DNA of 64,000 nucleotides from Oligoflexia bacterium (GTDB taxonomy: Bacteria > Bdellovibrionota_G > JANQFH01): contig JANQFH010000024.1 of the NCBI GenBank assembly GCA_028277945.1, positions 102,917-166,916 on the forward strand, written 5' to 3'. Under the pieces are notes generated by a model. That model searched no databases and was not told the DNA's origin. It worked only from the letters and a program-made list of their open reading frames with translations. Position 1 is the first letter of the stretch. Every line of letters starts with the position of its first letter. The position numbers and the translations under genes are program-made. Shown piece after piece: positions 35,828 through 44,999 of the stretch.

Positions 35828-36754
35828 CTAAAAGCGTATGCCCAAGCCAGCCACGGGAGCAAAGAAGATACGATCATCAAAGACGTGGAATTGCAAACCA
35901 AAGGTTGGGCCTAAGTGTTTCGTAAGATAACAGGTGATATCAAACTTTGCACCAACGTAGAACTCATCCTCTTCAAGGATGCCGAGCAACGGCGCAAATC
36001 GTAACCATAGCTCTTCGCTTACCGTGAAGCGGTTGATCAAGCTAAAGTAACCTCCTGATAAACCGTTGCCACCTTGGTCGACATGGAGAAAGCCGATCCC
36101 TACCCCTGGTTGGTTATGAAGCCTGGGTCTGGCCATGAGGTGTAGACCTGTTTGCACTACCGTGAGTTCATCATTTGGATCACTATTTGGCGAGTAAGAT
36201 GTTTCAAAATCAATGCCGATGTTACGAAAGTCCAAAGAGATGTCTCCTAATATTTGTGCGTTCTTGGTGAGATTGTATCCCCCCTTTGCATGCAACTCAC
36301 CATGCAGTCGTTGAAAACGTTGTAGCTGGGGCTCGTCAGCAGGCCGGTCGTAATAGTAAAAGACAAAACCAAATGCAGAGGCAACATAAAGTAGGATTGC
36401 CGTCAACGCCTCGTCCTTGTCTGATCTATCCGCGGTAACTGGGCCACGAATCTGGTCTTTTGTGCTCCCCTCGATGGCCGTCGGTGCCTGTGGGTAAAAA
36501 CCAACATCGCCCTGTTTGGAACGGTACAGCTCATAGCCGGCTCGACATCGTTGCTGACACCTCGCGATGCAGGCTTTAAGCACTTGTTCTCGACGGGAAG
36601 CATCAACAATCGTCTCAAACTGTTTTTGGCATTGTTGCGAACACTCTTGAATACAGTCTGCCACACCCTCAGCCGAGGTCTGCGCATTGGCGGCTGTTGG
36701 CAATGCTAGCAGCAGAAGCAAACAGAGAAACAGCATACGCATTGATAAACCCAA
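35828..36754 (-). CDS. Secreted protein: twin CX3CX3C helical hairpin followed by a putative outer-membrane beta-barrel
   Basis: Signal peptide ...ALPTAANA. CIQECSQQC and CIARCQQRC are 19 aa apart. The C-terminal half is strand-rich and ends GLGIRF. Confidence 0.5.
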   Translation of the reverse strand: MGLSMRMLFLCLLLLLALPTAANAQTSAEGVADCIQECSQQCQKQFETIVDASRREQVLKACIARCQQRCRAGYELYRSKQGDVGFYPQAPTAIEGSTKDQIRGPVTADRSDKDEALTAILLYVASAFGFVFYYYDRPADEPQLQRFQRLHGELHAKGGYNLTKNAQILGDISLDFRNIGIDFETSYSPNSDPNDELTVVQTGLHLMARPRLHNQPGVGIGFLHVDQGGNGLSGGYFSLINRFTVSEELWLRFAPLLGILEEDEFYVGAKFDITCYLTKHLGPTFGLQFHVFDDRIFFAPVAGLGIRF

Positions 36755-36777
36755 TCTAAGATGATAGGCAAGCCTTT

Positions 36778-38382
36778 ATGACGAACCCCTCCCACTGGTA
36801 TGAAGCTGGGACCATTGCCGATCTTCGTAAGAAAGGCCGCCTGCTCTTTCGTCATGGGCCATTGCAGCTTGCTATATTTCAAGTGGATGAGCAAATCTTT
36901 GCCATAGACAACCGTTGTCCGCATGAGGGCTATCCTCTGGTTGAGGGAAAGATCGCTGCCGGGGAAAAGGTGCTTACCTGTAACTGGCACAACTGGAAGT
37001 TTGATCTGCACAGCGGCCGCTGTCTGCGTGGTAGTGACAACACCCGAGTCTACCCTACCAAGTCAGAGTCTGGATCAATCTGGGTCGAGATTGCACCGCC
37101 AAACAAAGAGGAAATTGCCACGCGTCTACTGGCAGGACTCAAGCAGGCGATTGCCAAGCAGGAGTACGGTAGGATTGCGCGTACACTTGCACGGCTCCAT
37201 TTCAACGGCATTGATCTCAAGCGTGCTTTGATCCACGCTATTGAAAACTCCTACGATCGACTCGAGTTTGGTACCACACACGCCTATGCAGCTACGGCCG
37301 ACTGGTTGCAGCTCTATCAAGAGAGCCCAACAAACCTAGAGAGCCAGATCATTGCTCTGGCCGAAGCCATCGATCATATTGCCCAGGACAGTCTGCGCCA
37401 TCCCTCCTACCCTTACCCCCAGACAAGCCGCGAGTTCTCGCATGCGGGTTTTCTCGATGCCGTAGAAAAAGAAGACGAAGAAGGGGCGCTGTCCCAACTC
37501 CGCGGTGCTTTTAATGCAGGTAAGAGCTTTGCCGATTTGGAGCACTCGCTAACTGCTGCGGCATTGGCGCATTACAATGACTTTGGTCACTCGCTCATCT
37601 ATGTCTATAAGAGCCGCTATCTCATCGAACAGTTAGGCAGCTGCGTTGAGCAGCCCTTATCTCTGGCATTGGGCCGATCGCTATGCGGCGCTACCCGCGA
37701 GGATCTACTACCGGAGTTTCGTAAGTATACGCACTACCTAGATGCGGCATCCAAGCAGCCACCGTCCTCTCAGCAAGATGTTGAGGATGTAGAGGATCTG
37801 TTCGGCCTCTCAGTCAACCGCGCCATGCAATGGGTCGTCGACAAACTACAGAGCCACGCACCAATGGCAGTTTTCGCCGCTCTGCTCGAGGTTAATGCCC
37901 GCAACCTGCTTTGCTATGATATGGGTTTTCAAACAGCCAGCGATCGATCGGTAAGCGATAACGTTGGTTGGCTTGATTTTACCCACGCCATCACCTTTGC
38001 CAATGCCGCTCGCATGCAGTGCAGCCGTTTCCCAGAGTTTTGGCCGCAGGCACTGCTGCAGCTCGCCTGTTTTCACGGCCGCAACCAGCCTTACACCACG
38101 GCTGTGGACGAAGAGAGGTGGCAGGTAGAAAACAGCGAGCGCTTTTTTGCTGCGGCCAGCGAGCAGATCTTCGATCATGGAATGGCGCGTCCCATCTACT
38201 CAGCACATCTGCTTAAAACCACGATTGCTGTGAGAGAAGAGCTACCCACGGCAACACCTAGCGGCACGCGCTACCTGCTGGCAGCCTTGAATCGATTCCT
38301 GCACTCCCCCATCAAAACCAAACACACCCGCCGCGTTGCCAAACAGGCAATTAGCTTAGTGTCACGAGACTTTCACTCTTAG
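36778..38382 (+). CDS. Rieske [2Fe-2S] domain protein fused to a ~430-aa helical domain of unknown function
   Basis: CPHEGYPL ... CNWHNWKF (CxH...CxxH) lies in the first 100 aa. I do not recognise the rest. Confidence 0.75.
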   Translation: MTNPSHWYEAGTIADLRKKGRLLFRHGPLQLAIFQVDEQIFAIDNRCPHEGYPLVEGKIAAGEKVLTCNWHNWKFDLHSGRCLRGSDNTRVYPTKSESGSIWVEIAPPNKEEIATRLLAGLKQAIAKQEYGRIARTLARLHFNGIDLKRALIHAIENSYDRLEFGTTHAYAATADWLQLYQESPTNLESQIIALAEAIDHIAQDSLRHPSYPYPQTSREFSHAGFLDAVEKEDEEGALSQLRGAFNAGKSFADLEHSLTAAALAHYNDFGHSLIYVYKSRYLIEQLGSCVEQPLSLALGRSLCGATREDLLPEFRKYTHYLDAASKQPPSSQQDVEDVEDLFGLSVNRAMQWVVDKLQSHAPMAVFAALLEVNARNLLCYDMGFQTASDRSVSDNVGWLDFTHAITFANAARMQCSRFPEFWPQALLQLACFHGRNQPYTTAVDEERWQVENSERFFAAASEQIFDHGMARPIYSAHLLKTTIAVREELPTATPSGTRYLLAALNRFLHSPIKTKHTRRVAKQAISLVSRDFHS

Positions 38383-38405
38383 GTTCGTATACGAATTTTT
38401 TGCTT

Positions 38406-39563
38406 TTAACGTTGGCTAAGTCGGTCTTCAATCACTCTCGAGATCAATAGAGTTGCCCGCCTCGGAATCTCAGCCAGTGAGTATATATCGAGAGGCTTGT
38501 CGCCGCTCTTTTTCTTAACTAGCCTTTCCAAAACCTTTTGAAACTCGTTTAGGGATCTTACCTGAACGGCCCAGTTTTCCTGGATAGCAACATTTGTGTA
38601 GTTTCCTGTTGGAAGATCTAAGTATATGACGGGTTTGTTCATAAAAAGCGCTTGTACCCCTACGGTCGATCGATGGCAGACAATTACTTCAGCAATCACA
38701 CTCACACTCTTTGTATCAATAGTCTTGGGAACGACTTGGATATTTTCGGCTCCCTCTTCTCTGAGGATTTGCTTTTCCAATTTTCCATCTACCTTAGGAT
38801 GAAGAGAAAGTAGAAAGGTCAGACTGGGAAAGGCTCTTGTAGCGCGTACAAATAGACGGAAAGCCTCTGCATAGTCTCTTCCGTAACCACCGGCGTAGAG
38901 AACCATGGGTCGCGTTGCAGCGAGTTCAAGTTTTGCATATATTTTCCTTGGATCAACGTTGGCTGTAGTCTGCGCCCAGTGTTCAAGGCTCGGCTGTCCA
39001 ACTACACGGAGTCTGTGCCCCTTCAGAAGGGACGAAGAGAGTTTATTTGTTGGAATCCAGATTTCGTCCCAAGAGTCACCTGCGCGGACCACAAGAGTAT
39101 CCTCTTCTGGAGGAGAAAAGGCATCATAAAAACCGGCGACAAAGGCTTCCTTCTTGTAGCTTCGAGCAACCTGTGCCTGAACTTCAGACACAACACCCGT
39201 AACAATCACCTTCGGTCTAACACAGCCTTTTAGTTTGGCGATTTGTTTCTCAGAGAGCTTCCTTGTCCTTGACCAGTGAATTCTCTCGGCAGACAAGACG
39301 ACGCCGCAATTTTTATCAAAGGATTTAGCGGGTTGCTGGCTCTCCACAAGGGAAAGGGCGGTTGAAAAGGCCAGTATCGCGTAGTCTATGCTTTTTTTAT
39401 CCAGCTCCTTGAATACTGGCTGGAGTCCCTTTGTCTCTCCTGCATCATACAAGACAAACAGGGTCGACGGGCCTTTGGCATCGCCGAAAGAGATGTGAAT
39501 TGCTAAAAGATAAAAGGACAGAAAAGTGGCTATGAAATACAGTGACTGACGTGCTTTTTTCAT
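38406..39563 (-). CDS. Hypothetical signal-anchored protein, possibly GT-B-fold glycosyltransferase-like
   Basis: The ATG at 39563 gives MKKARQSLYFIATFLSFYLLAIHISFG. Two Rossmann-like halves are suggested. The gene is AT-rich. The tracked ORF extends to 39596. Confidence 0.4.
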   Translation of the reverse strand: MKKARQSLYFIATFLSFYLLAIHISFGDAKGPSTLFVLYDAGETKGLQPVFKELDKKSIDYAILAFSTALSLVESQQPAKSFDKNCGVVLSAERIHWSRTRKLSEKQIAKLKGCVRPKVIVTGVVSEVQAQVARSYKKEAFVAGFYDAFSPPEEDTLVVRAGDSWDEIWIPTNKLSSSLLKGHRLRVVGQPSLEHWAQTTANVDPRKIYAKLELAATRPMVLYAGGYGRDYAEAFRLFVRATRAFPSLTFLLSLHPKVDGKLEKQILREEGAENIQVVPKTIDTKSVSVIAEVIVCHRSTVGVQALFMNKPVIYLDLPTGNYTNVAIQENWAVQVRSLNEFQKVLERLVKKKSGDKPLDIYSLAEIPRRATLLISRVIEDRLSQR

Positions 39564-39653
39564 GGAATTATAGAATTCTTCATTACCCAGGCCCAATAAA
39601 AATAGCTATGGTGATTTAAAGATCAACAGTTACAGGCCCTTAACATTTAGAGA

Positions 39654-40961
39654 TCAGTCTCTGTTTCCCTCTCTAAACTCCAACTTTATGGGTACGCCAA
39701 CAAGTTTTAGCTGTTTGTACAATGAATTCTCAAGATACTTCTTGTAGTTGTTGGTAAGTCGTTCTAGGTGGTTGACAAAGATCTGGAAGGTGGGCGGGCT
39801 GCAACCGGTCTGGGTGGCATAACGAATCTTTAATGGCCGGCCACCGGCTTGTGGTGGTGGTGTCTGCGCGGTGATCTTTGCCATCATCTCATTGAGTTTT
39901 GCCGTGGTTACCTTCTTCTTGTAGCTGCGCATCACCTTTTTAACGAGAGGAAAGAGTGCCTCCATGCCCTGCCCTAGCTTGGCAGCGCCATGGCAGGTGC
40001 TTACATAAGGAAAGTGTTTCACGCCTGAAGGTGCAGGACCCTCAAGCAGATCGCACTTGTTGTAGAAACAGATCAGGCCGCGACCACGTTGCAGGATTTG
40101 CGATACCAGCCGCATCTCCTGGTGCGTGATGCCTTCAGTGGCATCGACAACCAAGATAGCAATGTGCGAGCGGCCGACAGCACGCATGCTGCGCAGAACA
40201 GCGAGGTATTCTAAGGTTTCGTCTATCTTTGCCTGTCGGCGGATACCTGCTGTGTCAATGAGAAGATACTCTTGTCCTTGGTGTGAGATACGCGTGTCGA
40301 TCGGATCCCTGGTGGTACCAGGTTGTGGCGACACCACAGCGCGCTCTTCACCACAGAGGTAGTTCAATAGCCGACTCTTGCCAACATTGGGCCGACCGAC
40401 AATAGCGATGCGGGTCAAGTCTTTATGGATTTCTGCATCGCTCTCACGATAGAGCGACATATAGTCTGCAAGCACGGCGGTCATGAGCTCATCAATACCG
40501 CGGTTGTGCTGGGCTGAGATGGGAAAGATCGGGGTGATACCGAGTTTGTGAAAGGGTAGTAAGAAGTCCTCGTGCAGGTTGAGATCGACCTTGTTGACGC
40601 AAAGAAAGAGCTTTTTCTCACTTCGTCGTAGACGTCGAATCAACTCCTCGTCTTCGGGCAGGAGACCTGCCCGCCCATCGACAACGGTAATGATGCAGTC
40701 TGCCTGGTCGATGGCCGCATCGACTTGACGAGTGACGTAGTTGCGCAGGCTCTCGCGCTTGCCCAGCTCGAGGCCGCCGGTATCCACGAGCGTGAAGTCG
40801 ACGATTTTGCCATCCACCGACCACTCAGCCGAGGAGTAGAGACGGTCTCGGGTGACCCCAGCAACGTTATGGACTAGAGAGCGCTGCTCGCCAACGATGC
40901 GGTTGAACAGGGTCGATTTGCCAACATTGGCCCGACCGACTATGGCAACGACAAAGGACAT
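39654..40961 (-). CDS. der: Ribosome-associated GTPase Der (EngA), tandem G domains
   Basis: Two P-loops, GRANVGKST and GRPNVGKSR, two DTGG/DTAG motifs, NKVD/NKCD, and a KH-like C-terminus. Confidence 0.93.
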   Translation of the reverse strand: MSFVVAIVGRANVGKSTLFNRIVGEQRSLVHNVAGVTRDRLYSSAEWSVDGKIVDFTLVDTGGLELGKRESLRNYVTRQVDAAIDQADCIITVVDGRAGLLPEDEELIRRLRRSEKKLFLCVNKVDLNLHEDFLLPFHKLGITPIFPISAQHNRGIDELMTAVLADYMSLYRESDAEIHKDLTRIAIVGRPNVGKSRLLNYLCGEERAVVSPQPGTTRDPIDTRISHQGQEYLLIDTAGIRRQAKIDETLEYLAVLRSMRAVGRSHIAILVVDATEGITHQEMRLVSQILQRGRGLICFYNKCDLLEGPAPSGVKHFPYVSTCHGAAKLGQGMEALFPLVKKVMRSYKKKVTTAKLNEMMAKITAQTPPPQAGGRPLKIRYATQTGCSPPTFQIFVNHLERLTNNYKKYLENSLYKQLKLVGVPIKLEFREGNRD

Positions 40962-40964
40962 GAT

Positions 40965-41852
40965 TCAGTAACCAAAGGCTTTCACGGTCTTGAGCTCTTG
41001 ACGCCAATTCTTATGGACTTTGACAAAAAGTTCAACATGGACTTTCTTGCCATGGTTCGCCTCAAGCTCCTCTCTTGCTGCCATGCCAATCCGCTTTATG
41101 GTGGCACCTCGCTTGCCAATGAGGATTTTCTTGAGGGCTTGGCGATCGACAACGATCACCGCCTGAACGAGGAGCTGCTGCGTACTCTCTTTATACGCTT
41201 CGACGATGACCGCACAAGCGTAGGGGACTTCCTGACCGGTGAACTTGAAGATCTTTTCGCGAATGATCTCTGCCGCGAGGAAGCGCTCTGTTTGATCAGT
41301 AAGCGTCTCATTGGGGTAGTAGAGTGGGCCATCCGGCAGATGTTTACGGATGGTGGCGAGCAGTTGGGAGAGCCCCTCGCCACTCTTTGCCGAGACCGGT
41401 AACAGGGTTGCAACACCGCTGTTGTTGCCGATCTCTTGCAACGTTCTCTCCTGTTCAGCTTTGTCGGCAAGCCGGTCTACTTTGTTGAGCACGGCAATCC
41501 GCTTGACACCGCTCTCTTTGCTCTGTTTTGTCACCAGCGCGTCTTCCTCACCCCACTCCCGTGTCGCATCGAACAGCAAAAGGGCAAGATCAGCCTCCTT
41601 GAGCGCTTCTAAGGCGTTGGCTTGAATACGCTGATCTAAGCTGAGCTCCGTTGGCCGACAGTTGAGACCAGGGGTATCCAAAAAGACCATCTGCGCCTGC
41701 TCGTCCGTATGAACACCGAGGATGCGATGCCGCGTTGTCTGTGGTTTGGCGGAGACAATGCCCACCTTATGACCGAGGACACGGTTGAGCAGTGTTGTCT
41801 TACCGGTGTTGGGCCGACCGCAGATGGCTATAAACCCACTCTTAAATGCCAT
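40965..41852 (-). CDS. era: GTPase Era
   Basis: GRPNTGKTTLLN, DTPG, NKVD and a KH domain (VIVVDRQALKKILIGKRGATIKRI). ATG 41852 is preferred; the tracked ORF runs to 41882. Confidence 0.9.
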   Translation of the reverse strand: MAFKSGFIAICGRPNTGKTTLLNRVLGHKVGIVSAKPQTTRHRILGVHTDEQAQMVFLDTPGLNCRPTELSLDQRIQANALEALKEADLALLLFDATREWGEEDALVTKQSKESGVKRIAVLNKVDRLADKAEQERTLQEIGNNSGVATLLPVSAKSGEGLSQLLATIRKHLPDGPLYYPNETLTDQTERFLAAEIIREKIFKFTGQEVPYACAVIVEAYKESTQQLLVQAVIVVDRQALKKILIGKRGATIKRIGMAAREELEANHGKKVHVELFVKVHKNWRQELKTVKAFGY

Positions 41853-41902
41853 CTTGCAGCTATAGCGATTTGCCTGGAGCATAGCAACTAGTTGCTATGG
41901 GC

Positions 41903-43585
41903 TTATAGAATGCCTGCCTGCATCAGCCACACCTCGGTGGCGGCAATACGCTGGAGGTTCTTGGGAACGAGTTGATGCGTCTTTTGCAGCATTGCCTTTG
42001 CTGAGCTCTTGTAGAGCGCCCGGCGTGGATCCACCTTTGCTGCATTGAGATAGAGCCTGCCGTAAGCGCGAGCCAGCCAAGTGAACGTATAGGCATCCCC
42101 TTGATCGATGGCCATGGATTTTTTGAACGCCTCAACCGCGTCATCATAGTGCTTGGTCTGATAGTGAAGATAGCCGAGATACTTCCAGCCAAAAGGACTC
42201 TGCGAAGATAATTGTAAAAACCTTTTGATCTCCTTTATGGCACTTTTGTATTGGTAGGTCGTACTAACATGCGCAATGGCCAGATACTTGTGCGGCAGAG
42301 GGTGGTCTGGTTTAAGCGATCGCGCTTTTTTGAGCGGCGGAAAGATATGCTTTGGTCGCATGGAGGCGATGGTGTTCAACCTTCCCAGTTCCAAGGCGGT
42401 ATCAAAGTCGTTGGGATGCTGCTTGATTTTTTTCTCTAAGCGGCGGATGGCAGCGGCGACTTGCGGATCGTTTGCCACTCTATAGACATCTTTGTCTTGC
42501 CAAGGGATATCTTGGCCCACCCATTGCGGTGCGTAGTCAAGTAGCGCTATATAGGGGTGATCGGCCCGCTCTACCCCCCAAGAGGGGCTGTTGCCCATGC
42601 GCACGAACTTTCGCGTGGAAACCAGATCCAACTTCCAACCCTCTGGTGTGCGAGCAAAGAGAAAGGGTGAGTTATCCCAACCCTTGTTGTTGCCAAAGGA
42701 GACCACAGCATAGTCTCTATCTTGGATAATCTCATAGGTTCGGCCGCTCCAGGTTTGGTAGTTGCGTTCCAGACGCGATTTTGGTGAGTTTACATAGTCT
42801 CGGTAGGCGAGTTTTGTAACCTCGGTGTAGACACCAAGGTTAGGGTCGTTGACCCTGTCTTTCCAGGCGCGCAGTAGGGTCTGCCAAGCTGATTCAGCAT
42901 CCTTGCCAGCCGGGTATTGTTTACCAACTTTTGAGAGTTGCTCTGGCAAGAAAGTCTTGAGGTCTCGCTTGGCGCCGGCGCCGCCAGTTAAAAGCTGCTG
43001 GTCAAGCGCGGTAATCGTGCTCTGATTGTAGTTTCCTCTCTGCTTGATCTGTGCCCGTTGCTCTAGCTCTTCCATCACGGCAACCAAACCAACACCCAAC
43101 TGCCCACTCAAAAAATAGGGACGCAGCTGTATGTCTTCTATGTAACCGGTAAAGGCGTCGGTAAACACATCTTCAAGTTCGTAGGAGACCTCTAGCTTGA
43201 CCTGTTTCTTGTTCTCAACCACAAGCAGCAACAACGCTCGCCCATTAAACTCTCTACCGAGTTGCCAACCATTCAAGATTTTGTCAGCCAGGACTTCGAT
43301 TGAATCTGCAGTTGTCATAGTGGGCAAGGTCACAATAGCAGCTTCAATATGGTAGCGATCACGGTTTGTTTTAAGAAAGAGGTTTGTCGATTCATGGAAG
43401 TCTTGCAACAGGTTGGCGTAGTCGAAAAGCAGATTTTCAGAGAAGGGACGCTTGGCGGTATCGAACTGACCAACCTGTGCTCCAGTCTGGTATTGGGAGC
43501 GCAGCCTCTGTCGATAGGCTTGTATGCCAATAGCTACCACAAGCAGAGCGAGTAGCAACGTGCCGTAGAGAACTCGCTTACGCAC
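41903..43585 (-). CDS. Membrane-anchored TPM-domain protein with C-terminal TPR repeats
   Basis: N-terminal TM helix, then a TPM-like segment (NLLFDYANLLQDFHESTNLFLKTNRDRYHIEAAIVTLP). The C-terminus has TPR-like repeats (LGYLHYQTKHYDDAVEAFKKSMAI). It lies directly downstream of lemA. Confidence 0.55.
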   Translation of the reverse strand: MRKRVLYGTLLLALLVVAIGIQAYRQRLRSQYQTGAQVGQFDTAKRPFSENLLFDYANLLQDFHESTNLFLKTNRDRYHIEAAIVTLPTMTTADSIEVLADKILNGWQLGREFNGRALLLLVVENKKQVKLEVSYELEDVFTDAFTGYIEDIQLRPYFLSGQLGVGLVAVMEELEQRAQIKQRGNYNQSTITALDQQLLTGGAGAKRDLKTFLPEQLSKVGKQYPAGKDAESAWQTLLRAWKDRVNDPNLGVYTEVTKLAYRDYVNSPKSRLERNYQTWSGRTYEIIQDRDYAVVSFGNNKGWDNSPFLFARTPEGWKLDLVSTRKFVRMGNSPSWGVERADHPYIALLDYAPQWVGQDIPWQDKDVYRVANDPQVAAAIRRLEKKIKQHPNDFDTALELGRLNTIASMRPKHIFPPLKKARSLKPDHPLPHKYLAIAHVSTTYQYKSAIKEIKRFLQLSSQSPFGWKYLGYLHYQTKHYDDAVEAFKKSMAIDQGDAYTFTWLARAYGRLYLNAAKVDPRRALYKSSAKAMLQKTHQLVPKNLQRIAATEVWLMQAGIL

Positions 43586-43588
43586 GCC

Positions 43589-44557
43589 TCACTCTTTGCT
43601 GCCAAAGGGGTCTTCGATAGGTTTCATGGCTGCCGCCTCCGCCTGAAAGTAAGGCTTTTGATGGAAATCAAACAGCGTCGCTATAAGATTAGAGGGAAAG
43701 GTCATGGTTCTGGTATTGTAGTGTCGAACGATCTCATTAAAGTGTCGCCTCTCCATGGCAATACGGTTTTCCGTGCCTTCAATTTGATCTTGAAGCGTGA
43801 GAAAGTTTCGGCTCGCCTTCAAATCTGGATAGTTCTCCACTACCGCGAAGAGGCGCGTGAGTGCGGACTGAACTCCAGCCTGGGCAGACTCCAAACTCTG
43901 CAACTTTTCTAGGTCATCTGGGGCAGTGCCCTGCATTCCTTGTAGGACTCCTGCAGCGCGTGCTCTTGCTTCGGTTAGAGTTTCTAAGGTCTGGCGTTCG
44001 TGCTGCATATAGGTTTTCACGGCATCGATGAGCAGCGGCACGAGATCTAACCGGCGTTGGTAGGCATTTTCAACCTGGGCCCAACCAGCATTGACCCCTT
44101 CACGGCCCTTAACCAGGCTATTGAACATAAAAAAACTTAAGCTTCCGAGCATGGCGGCAATGACAATAAAAATCATGGCGACACCAAACCGAGTACCTTT
44201 TGTCATAGTGAGTCTCCTTTCTTGATCTAATTGAGAAAGATCAACGGGACGATTCTGTGTGGTCTGATTTTGTTGAATGACACCCGCTGACGAACCTTCT
44301 GGGGTTTTCTTAGCCTCATAGAAGAAAAAAGAGCCAGCTATCAGGCCAAAGATAAAAAATGTTACCAACCACAACAACCAGCCACGAATTTTTGTTGTGA
44401 ATCCCTTGTGGCGCAGTTGCGCCACACGGTTATACTGCTCCTGCCTCTCTTCTTGTGTCTTTAGCACCGTGAACAGGCGATCAGCTTCCTGTTGAGACAA
44501 CTTGTTGTCACGGACCATCTTTTCCAGGCGCTGCTTTTCGTTTGGCAAATCAGACAT
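43589..44557 (-). CDS. lemA: LemA-family protein with a ~120-aa N-terminal extension
   Basis: The LemA core is GWAQVENAYQRRLDLVPLLIDAVKTYMQHERQTLETLTEARA ... NRIAMERRHFNEIVRHYN. An extra N-terminal coiled-coil plus TM region precedes the usual anchor. Confidence 0.85.
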   Translation of the reverse strand: MSDLPNEKQRLEKMVRDNKLSQQEADRLFTVLKTQEERQEQYNRVAQLRHKGFTTKIRGWLLWLVTFFIFGLIAGSFFFYEAKKTPEGSSAGVIQQNQTTQNRPVDLSQLDQERRLTMTKGTRFGVAMIFIVIAAMLGSLSFFMFNSLVKGREGVNAGWAQVENAYQRRLDLVPLLIDAVKTYMQHERQTLETLTEARARAAGVLQGMQGTAPDDLEKLQSLESAQAGVQSALTRLFAVVENYPDLKASRNFLTLQDQIEGTENRIAMERRHFNEIVRHYNTRTMTFPSNLIATLFDFHQKPYFQAEAAAMKPIEDPFGSKE

Positions 44558-44561
44558 ATTC

Positions 44562-44912
44562 CTAGAGACCCTCGATCAAGCGCATGCCATGTTTGGCAGA
44601 GATTCTGCCGGCCTCAATGTCATTTAAGATCTGTTCTTGGCGTTGTTTATCCTTTTGCTTTTCGGTTTCGAGGTGCTCGATTAGCTGGTCAAGTCGGTTA
44701 CGAATGGTCGGGTAAGAGAACTCCAACTGGCGGGCCATCTCCTTAAGGCTGCCACTGGCGAGCAGAAAGAGTTCAGCAAAGCGTTGTTCCTCTTGGCTCA
44801 AACGAAATAGAGCGGGTGTCGGCATGCTGCCTTCGACAGCGAGAGCACACTCGCCGCAGGTGAGTTTGCTGATGTGCATCGGGGTCGAGCAGTATGGGCA
44901 GTCGGGCTGCAT
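44562..44912 (-). CDS. DUF2089-type protein (zinc ribbon plus HTH)
   Basis: A CPYC...CGEC zinc ribbon at the N-terminus is followed by an HTH-like RFAELFLLASGSLKEMARQLEFSYPTIRNRL. Confidence 0.6.
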   Translation of the reverse strand: MQPDCPYCSTPMHISKLTCGECALAVEGSMPTPALFRLSQEEQRFAELFLLASGSLKEMARQLEFSYPTIRNRLDQLIEHLETEKQKDKQRQEQILNDIEAGRISAKHGMRLIEGL

Positions 44913-44999
44913 ACTTCTGACTATACTGAATAAAATTCAAAAAATCAAAGAAAAAAATAAATAAAATTAATAATTACTATGAAATTATTGGATTTTATT

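Noticed and set aside
39654-41882. Tandem era-der GTPase genes as a possible unusual operon
   Set aside because: Both are ordinary, full-length housekeeping GTPases. The adjacency is a synteny curiosity and not evidence of a new function.
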